Both the position numbers and the translations under genes were made by a program. A stretch of DNA of 64,000 nt from an uncultured virus (IMG/VR IMGVR_UViG_3300028195_000003). Lineage: Duplodnaviria > Heunggongvirae > Uroviricota > Caudoviricetes. The stretch lies in IMG/VR virus record IMGVR_UViG_3300028195_000003. The stretch is one strand, 5' to 3'. The notes below the pieces were generated by a model, which did not search any database, was not told the origin of the DNA, and saw nothing but the letters and a program-made list of their open reading frames with translations. Positions 30,718 through 36,159 of this stretch are shown one piece after another (the first letter of the stretch is position 1; each line of letters opens with the position of its first letter).

Positions 30718-30837
30718 CTACTCCCGGGGCCGACACTCGGTGCAGCCCGCCTGGTCGCATGTCCGGACCATGTCCGGGTGAGCGCAGGGGACCTCGTGAG
30801 GGTGGATCCCGAGGAAGAAGAAGAGGAACAAGTACAT
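30718..30837 (-). CDS. possible 39-aa Cys/His-rich peptide
   Basis: MYLFLFFFLGIHPHEVPCAHPDMVRTCDQAGCTECRPRE fills the spacer between two tRNAs. Confidence 0.35.
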   Translation of the reverse strand: MYLFLFFFLGIHPHEVPCAHPDMVRTCDQAGCTECRPRE

Positions 30838-30862
30838 GGTTCTGACCTTCGCTGCTGGTGAG

Positions 30863-30940
30863 TGGTGGGCGAGACGTGATTCGAACACGTGACCTCCGGC
30901 ATGTCGGGCCGGCGCTCTGGGCCAACTGAGCTACTCGCCC
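30863..30940 (-). tRNA. tRNA-Val(GAC)
   Basis: CCGGC-CCGACAT-GCCGG (C33). Confidence 0.88.
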
Positions 30941-30950
30941 GGAGAGAAAA

Positions 30951-31213
30951 TGCCGTTTTAGGGAAGGACCGAGAGAGCGGCGCTCTTCGTCGCCCGGAAT
31001 CGAACCGGGGACCTTCGGCTACAAAGCTGTGCAAGCGGATGCCGGTGCTCTACCTTGCTGAGCTACGGCGATCACGCATCATCACAGCCCTTCGATGGCT
31101 ACTCACAAAGAGACCCCCGTCCAAGACCCAGCAGCGTATTGCTTGCACAGCCACCTGGTCGCCCAGGGTGCCGCCTTCGTTGGATCGGGTGTTCTCGAGG
31201 CTTTCGCCCGGCA
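30951..31213 (-). ncRNA. structured RNA with embedded tRNA-like domain (30987-31072)
   Basis: Intact D and T arms, 21-nt loop in the anticodon position, no CCA, 11-bp long-range complementarity. Confidence 0.6.
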
Positions 31214-31216
31214 AAA

Positions 31217-31291
31217 TGGTTGGGGCGGCAGGGTTCGAACCTGCGCATGTCGGGACCAAAACCCGATGACTTCCCACTTGTCGACGCCCCA
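31217..31291 (-). tRNA. tRNA-Gln(TTG)
   Basis: TCGGG-TTTTGGT-CCCGA. Confidence 0.9.
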
Positions 31292-31380
31292 GCAAAAACG
31301 ATGATGGGCTCGGTCGGGCTCGGACATCCGTTACGGCGACGACCGTCTGGTCACGAATGTACCCGACAACGGGTTGATGA

Positions 31381-31454
31381 TGGGCTCGGTCGGGCTCGAA
31401 CCGACGACCCTCCGGTTATGAGCCGGGAGCTCTGACCGACTGAGCTACGAGCCC
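31381..31454 (-). tRNA. tRNA-Ile2/Met(CAT), no encoded CCA
   Basis: Loop CTCATAA; ends ATCA. Confidence 0.88.
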
Positions 31455-31458
31455 GTAA

Positions 31459-31926
31459 TCAACACGGATAGGAAGGCTTCTCACCTGCCACGGGCACGTG
31501 CTCGAAGATCACGTCCCAGTAGGTCCCAGCCTTGCCTTCGAAGTGGGGCCACGCGCCCTTGTTGCGGATGAGCATCTCGGCCTCTCCGTGTGCGGGCGCC
31601 TTGCCCGTGTCCCAGGACATCCCGAAGTGGACGTCCATCTGATCCTCGGTCTGGCCCACCCGGAAGAGCTTCCATCGCCGGCCGGGATCGTTCTCATCCG
31701 TCTCGGTGAAGTGGATCCGGTAGTACGAGCCGAGCTCGAGCTCGATCGGAGCATCGAGATGGTAGCTCAGCTTGATCTCACCCGCGGGTGTAGCGTCCCA
31801 GAACTTCTTGTTCTCCTCGGAGCCGTGAGGCTCGTACTCGGACTTCGGCGTGACAGGTAGCATCTCGACGACGCTGCCCTGGAGGCGGTGGCTGATGGCG
31901 ATGACGCGGAACTTGGCTACAGGCAT
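31459..31926 (-). CDS. phage-type hypothetical protein with an apparent internal duplication
   Basis: AKF.V...GSEEN..FW.ATP.G.I.L motif, with a second diverged copy in the C-terminal half. Confidence 0.65.
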   Translation of the reverse strand: MPVAKFRVIAISHRLQGSVVEMLPVTPKSEYEPHGSEENKKFWDATPAGEIKLSYHLDAPIELELGSYYRIHFTETDENDPGRRWKLFRVGQTEDQMDVHFGMSWDTGKAPAHGEAEMLIRNKGAWPHFEGKAGTYWDVIFEHVPVAGEKPSYPC

Positions 31927-32023
31927 GGTCTTCTCACTGTTGTCGTTGGTGGATGAAGACCGCGCTGTTGACCCAGGTCGCGGAGCCCTGGTGTGCCGAC
32001 ATCGTAACACGACGCGGCGTAGA

Positions 32024-32100
32024 TGGAAGTCCGGACGGGATTCGAACCCGCGAATATCGGTGCGAAAAACCGATGGCCTGGACCACTAGCCAACCGGACC
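32024..32100 (-). tRNA. tRNA-Glu(TTC)
   Basis: TCGGT-TTTTCGC-ACCGA. Confidence 0.85.
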
Positions 32101-32106
32101 TCGAGA

Positions 32107-32183
32107 TGGAGCGTGAGACGAGATTCGAACTCGTGACCAACGGCTTGGAAGGCCGAGACTCTACCTGGCTGAGTTACTCACGC
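32107..32183 (-). tRNA. tRNA-Gly(TCC)
   Basis: Loop CTTCCAA; TCCA end. Confidence 0.92.
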
Positions 32184-32190
32184 AATGAAA

Positions 32191-32267
32191 TGGGGTGACC
32201 GACGGGTCTCGAACCCGCGACGACCAGAACCACAATCTGGCGTTCTACCAGCTGAACTACGGCCACC
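32191..32267 (-). tRNA. tRNA-His(GTG)
   Basis: Loop TTGTGGT; G-1:C73. Confidence 0.92.
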
Positions 32268-32291
32268 ATAAGCTGACTCGAAACAAGAAGA

Positions 32292-32370
32292 TGGAGCACC
32301 CGACGGGACTCGAACCCGTGACCTCGGCCTTACCATGGCCGCGCTCTGAGACCGACTGAGCTACGGGTGC
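32292..32370 (-). tRNA. tRNA-Thr(GGT)
   Basis: CGGCC-ATGGTAA-GGCCG. Confidence 0.92.
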
Positions 32371-32386
32371 ATACAGACGGAGAAGA

Positions 32387-32462
32387 TGGGGCCCACGAGC
32401 GGGTTCGAACCGCTGACCTCCACATTACGAATGTGGCGTTCTCCCAGCTGAACTACGCGGGC
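32387..32462 (-). tRNA. tRNA-Thr(CGT)
   Basis: CCACA-TTCGTAA-TGTGG. Confidence 0.92.
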
Positions 32463-32470
32463 GAGGAAAA

Positions 32471-32546
32471 TGGAGCGGTGAACGGGACTCGAACCCGCGA
32501 CAGCCAGCATGGCAAGCTGGTGCTCTACCAACTGAGCTACCACCGC
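32471..32546 (-). tRNA. tRNA-Gly(GCC)
   Basis: CCAGC-TTGCCAT-GCTGG. Confidence 0.92.
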
Positions 32547-32567
32547 ATGAGAAGACGAAGAAAAGGA

Positions 32568-32743
32568 TCCAGAGCGCGGCGTGCTGTTACGCCAAAGGGA
32601 GCGCCAACAGGCGCGCCGGAAGCTACCCGGCTCTCTGACGTGTGCCTCATGACGGACTTGGGCGACAAGCCGAAACCGATGACACCTCGACGTCCCACTC
32701 TCTACAGGATGGCTGCTTCTAAGCCCACCTCCCGCACTCTGGA
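32568..32743 (-). ncRNA. 23S rRNA H43-H44 (uL11-binding, GTPase-associated centre)-like RNA with ~104-nt insertion
   Basis: Minus strand GGGAGGTGGGCTTAGAAGCAGCCATCCTGTAGAGAGT...GCGTAACAGCAC, closed by TCCAGAGTGCGG/CCGCGCTCTGGA. Confidence 0.8.
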
Positions 32744-32747
32744 AAAA

Positions 32748-32824
32748 TGGTCGGGCAGGCCGGACTCGAACCGGCGACCCCCAGTACCCCGAACTGGTGC
32801 GCTACCATGCTGCGCTACTGCCCG
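32748..32824 (-). tRNA. tRNA-Pro(GGG)
   Basis: CCAGT-TCGGGGT-ACTGG (C33). Confidence 0.9.
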
Positions 32825-32837
32825 ACAAAGACAAAAA

Positions 32838-32952
32838 TGGGACCCCGCCGGGAGACGAACCCGGACCGTGACGGGAGCGTAGGCCTCGCTCCTCGGCGGC
32901 TCTCGATCGCGACGGGGAGTGCCTATGCTCCCCCCGCTGTCAGCCACGGGGC
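32838..32952 (-). ncRNA. CCA-ended tRNA-like RNA with a non-canonical core
   Basis: GCCCCG/CGGGGT acceptor, T-arm CCGGG-TTCGTCT-CCCGG, two hairpins with complementary loops. Confidence 0.6.
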
Positions 32953-32957
32953 ATAGA

Positions 32958-33034
32958 TGGTTGATGCGCCAGGGTTCGAACCTGGAACCTCCGGGGCCAG
33001 AACCCGGCGTCTTTGCCATTTCGACCACGCATCA
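32958..33034 (-). tRNA. tRNA-Gln(CTG)
   Basis: CCGGG-TTCTGGC-CCCGG. Confidence 0.9.
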
Positions 33035-33451
33035 TCAAGGTGTTTTCTTTTCCGATCTCTTGCGCGCCCTGTATACCCTCGAGTATTCACGAGCCGCTTT
33101 CTTGCACATGTCACACTTGCAGTAGCGATAAGAGGAAAGCGTTCCGTGCGTACCCTTTGCGCGCTTTCTTCCGAGCTGCTCATTGGTCTTGTCTTGATGA
33201 CATGTAACGCACAGTAGCTGACACTTCTCGAGTTCAGCCGTGAACCTCTCCTCTGACACGCTCCACATCTTCGTGATCGTGAATGACTTCTCGGCCGGTT
33301 CGATGTGGTCGAACTGAAGATTTTCCACTGATCCACACTTGGTACACTTTCCACCAAGTCTACCGATCGCTATCACCCTTCGACGCCTATAACGGTCGAG
33401 CATGTAAATCCGCATATATTCTCGGTACTCGTCTGGATCTCGATGTGGCAT
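33035..33451 (-). CDS. HNH endonuclease
   Basis: GGKCTKCG..LQFDHI.P..K...ELEKCQLLCVTCH; lower GC than flanks. Confidence 0.85.
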   Translation of the reverse strand: MPHRDPDEYREYMRIYMLDRYRRRRVIAIGRLGGKCTKCGSVENLQFDHIEPAEKSFTITKMWSVSEERFTAELEKCQLLCVTCHQDKTNEQLGRKRAKGTHGTLSSYRYCKCDMCKKAAREYSRVYRARKRSEKKTP

Positions 33452-33491
33452 CAGCACGGCTTAATGCGATTATGCTTTACGGACAATGTCA

Positions 33492-33568
33492 TGGTGGGGA
33501 GGGCGGGACTCGAACCCACACAGGACGACTTAAAAGGACGGTGCCCAGCCACGTTAGGCGACCTCCCC
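33492..33568 (-). tRNA. tRNA-Lys(TTT), weak anticodon stem
   Basis: CCGTC-CTTTTAA-GTCGT (2 mismatches); good acceptor and T arms. Confidence 0.7.
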
Positions 33569-33589
33569 ATAGAGCTTACGTAGCCCTAT

Positions 33590-33630
33590 TGGTGCCCCAA
33601 TCCGCTCCGCGGACAGAGCAGGCAAGGGGC
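33590..33630 (-). ncRNA. 41-nt minihelix-like hairpin ending ACCA
   Basis: GCCCC...GGGGC-ACCA enclosing CTGCTCTG-TCCG-CGGAGCGG. Confidence 0.35.
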
Positions 33631-33647
33631 ATAGAAGCGTACTGAAC

Positions 33648-33722
33648 TGGTGCCAGGAGGGGGACTCGAACCCCCACACGTCCGCAGCGTCCTGCGGTTT
33701 TCAGCTCCCATTCGGCTCTGGC
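33648..33722 (-). pseudogene. tRNA-like remnant (Leu-type 3' half, no D or anticodon arm)
   Basis: GTGGGGGTTCGAGTCCCCCTCCTGGCACCA 3' end pairs with 5' GCCAGAG. Confidence 0.55.
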
Positions 33723-33737
33723 ATGAACGATGAAAAA

Positions 33738-33814
33738 TGGTCGGGGTACTCGGACTCGAACCGAGGACCACCGGCTCCCAAAGCCGGTGCGCTACCAGGC
33801 TGCGCTACACCCCG
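33738..33814 (-). tRNA. tRNA-Pro(TGG)
   Basis: CCGGC-TTTGGGA-GCCGG. Confidence 0.92.
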
Positions 33815-33832
33815 AAGATGCAAGAAAAGGGC

Positions 33833-33946
33833 GTCCGGGGCGGGGCGCCTACGCCCGCGCTATCGATGAGGGGCTGCGCGCCGCCAATCATCGAAGTCAT
33901 CCCCGATCAAGGGGACCGCTCTTAGAGGCTCTACAGCTACCCGGAC
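33833..33946 (-). ncRNA. candidate multibranch structured RNA
   Basis: GTCCGGG/CCCGGAC closing stem with three internal hairpins. Confidence 0.4.
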
Positions 33947-33964
33947 ATGGGGAAGGGAAGAAGA

Positions 33965-34040
33965 TGGTGGAGGCGATGGGGATCGAACCCACGACCTGAA
34001 GCTTGCAAGGCTACTGCTCTCCCAACTGAGCTACGCCCCC
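33965..34040 (-). tRNA. tRNA-Ala(TGC)
   Basis: Loop CTTGCAA; G3-U70. Confidence 0.92.
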
Positions 34041-34066
34041 ATCTTCATCTTCACTGTAACTGGAAA

Positions 34067-34143
34067 TGGTCGGGGTGACTGGGCTCGAACCAGCGACCTG
34101 ATGCTCCCGAAGCACCCGCGCTACCAGACTGCGCTACACCCCG
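34067..34143 (-). tRNA. tRNA-Pro(CGG)
   Basis: GGTGC-TTCGGGA-GCATC. Confidence 0.92.
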
Positions 34144-34164
34144 ATTGTAAACTGTGTTCTCGTA

Positions 34165-34749
34165 TCATGCGAGCCGGCAGGGAACCAGCCCGTCTCTCCC
34201 GGTGATCTCGTCGATGAGCCCGGGCTCGGCCGGGCCGATGCTGACCGCGGTCTTGGTCTTGACCCCTCCGAACTCGGTGAGCCCATGGTCCTCGATGAGC
34301 GCGGTGGGGAGGTTCCGCTCGAGCGCGAGCTCGTGGATACGGACCAGGTCCTCGTCACTGTCGGCCACCAGGATGACCTTCTTGAAGCGAATCCTCGACC
34401 AGATGTCCATCTGCTCGGTCAGGCCGAACAGGGCCAGAACCCCGGGGAAGCTGTCCATGTGGATGACCGCGCCATCGGGTTGTGCGCTCGACCCTGCCAT
34501 CTCCGCGATCTGCGCCGGCGGAGCGTCCAGGACGACGCCCCGGATGGGGATGGGATCCCCGTTGACGTCGAGAAACTCGATGCGACGGTCGAAGATCGGA
34601 GCCTCCGAGGCGTGAGCCAGCTGGGCACCGAGCTTGCCAAAGCGCAGCTTGCGCTTGCCGCCCTTGCCATCCGGGTACTTCATCCGGACCACGATGACCT
34701 GCTTGGGCTCGTCCCGGTTCGGCTCGGGTCTGTCACTCTGCTGGTTCAC
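34165..34749 (-). CDS. pth2: peptidyl-tRNA hydrolase, PTH2 family
   Basis: KQVIVVR, GK..AQ.AHAS, KKVIL, I.D.GLTEF..KT.TAV.IGP. Confidence 0.88.
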   Translation of the reverse strand: MNQQSDRPEPNRDEPKQVIVVRMKYPDGKGGKRKLRFGKLGAQLAHASEAPIFDRRIEFLDVNGDPIPIRGVVLDAPPAQIAEMAGSSAQPDGAVIHMDSFPGVLALFGLTEQMDIWSRIRFKKVILVADSDEDLVRIHELALERNLPTALIEDHGLTEFGGVKTKTAVSIGPAEPGLIDEITGRDGLVPCRLA

Positions 34750-34953
34750 GGTGGCTCCCGAGCTCTCGGATGGTGGCGGGGTGTTCCTTCTCGTGCCTCC
34801 ACATCAGCATCCGCAACCTGTGGGGAAGCCCGATGATGGAAGGACAGGTCAGCCGCTCCTTGCGGCCGAAGAGGATCCAGAACTTGTGCAGGTAGTCGAC
34901 GGCCCCGATGGCCATCATGCGCTGTCGCCAGACGATGCGTTGCAGCTGGGTGG

Positions 34954-35883
34954 TCATCCCTGTCCCCGCTTCCGCTCCCGGTTGGCTCTGCGGCGGGCCT
35001 TGCGCTCGCCCGGGGCCACGTTCCGGAAGCTCTGCTCATCGAAGCCGTGGGAGTGGATGACGCCGGCGTTGGTGCGGGCCCCGTCCGGATCCATCTGGAC
35101 CACCATGTCGTTTCCCAAGAAGGTGTCGATGCGCTGCCACATGCTCCAGGCGTCCACGATGGAGGCGAAGCCGATCTTGTTGAGCTCCGGGTTGATCACC
35201 AGCTTCAGGCCGCGTCCGTAGAGCCCGGAACACAGCACCGCAACAGGAGCCTGCAGCTGACGGTGGAGCTCGGTCCAGTCGCGCTGCAGCAGGCTGTCGT
35301 GGTCCTTCTTCCAGCGATCCCATCCCAGCTGGTTGTCCGGGTAGCGCTCGTAGGTGCTGGGCTTCTTGTCCTCGATCCCTTCGAACCAGTCCAGCGTCCG
35401 CTTCTGCAGATGCTCATGCATGTTCAGGTGACCGAGCTGGAACTTGTCGTAGGGCGTCCAGCTTGTGACAAAGTCCATCAGCTCCGGCACGCTCTGGCAG
35501 GCCTTGATGCGGGTCCCGTCGTACGGCGTGAAGGGGTCGGTGGCCAGCCAGAAGGGAATCAGCTCGCCGCAGCAGAGAACAAAGACACGGACAGCCCCGG
35601 TGTCGGCGTCCTGGCCTCGCATGCTGTGACGCTTCCAGTAGTAGCCCCTCATGTCCGGCATCTCGGACCGAGCCGTTATGAGCTCTGGGAGCACGCGGTC
35701 CAAGACCGCATCTCCACAGCTTCCGTCGAAGATCTGCAGGGTCGTCCCCAGGACGGGACCACCGGACCTTCGGAGGCTCGGCAGGTCGATGACCTGCTCC
35801 TTCCGAACGTAGACGGGGGTCGGCTCACGGTCTGCACCCTGGCAGCCGTCGTAGTAGTCCCTGGTCTTGGAGATGAGTCGCAT
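34954..35883 (-). CDS. conserved phage-type hypothetical protein
   Basis: MRLISK.RDYYD N-terminus and INP.L..IGF...HGFD..SFR C-terminus. Confidence 0.7.
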   Translation of the reverse strand: MRLISKTRDYYDGCQGADREPTPVYVRKEQVIDLPSLRRSGGPVLGTTLQIFDGSCGDAVLDRVLPELITARSEMPDMRGYYWKRHSMRGQDADTGAVRVFVLCCGELIPFWLATDPFTPYDGTRIKACQSVPELMDFVTSWTPYDKFQLGHLNMHEHLQKRTLDWFEGIEDKKPSTYERYPDNQLGWDRWKKDHDSLLQRDWTELHRQLQAPVAVLCSGLYGRGLKLVINPELNKIGFASIVDAWSMWQRIDTFLGNDMVVQMDPDGARTNAGVIHSHGFDEQSFRNVAPGERKARRRANRERKRGQG

Positions 35884-36159
35884 GATGGTTCCTTGCCACT
35901 GATGGTAGCAAGGCTATCGCATCAGTCCACGACCGTCAACTCCAGCGGCCCAGGCTCGATGTCCACCACTGTCAACTCGATGAGATCGAACGGGTCGTCG
36001 TCCCGTTCTCCACTGGCGAGTTCCTCCAGAGCCCTCTCGCCCGCCGCCTCGATCCGTTCCCAGGCCTCGGCCCAGGCTTCTCTCACGATCCGCTCGCTTC
36101 GTTCCTCGTCGCACATGGCGACCTCCCTGTAGGGGTCCTACAGGAAGGAACGGGGAGCG

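Noticed and set aside
30951..31213. tmRNA, or 5S rRNA similarity (AACACCCGATCC)
   Set aside because: It has a full D arm, no G3-U70/CCA end and no tag ORF; the 5S-like match is too short
32568..32743. Fragment of a genuine rRNA operon or a chimeric assembly
   Set aside because: Similarity is confined to H43-H44, is split by a structured insert, is closed by its own stem and is flanked by regularly spaced tRNAs
29955..34000. Short ORFs overlapping tRNA genes in the ORF track
   Set aside because: Spurious translations of tRNA sequence, apart from the CDSs listed
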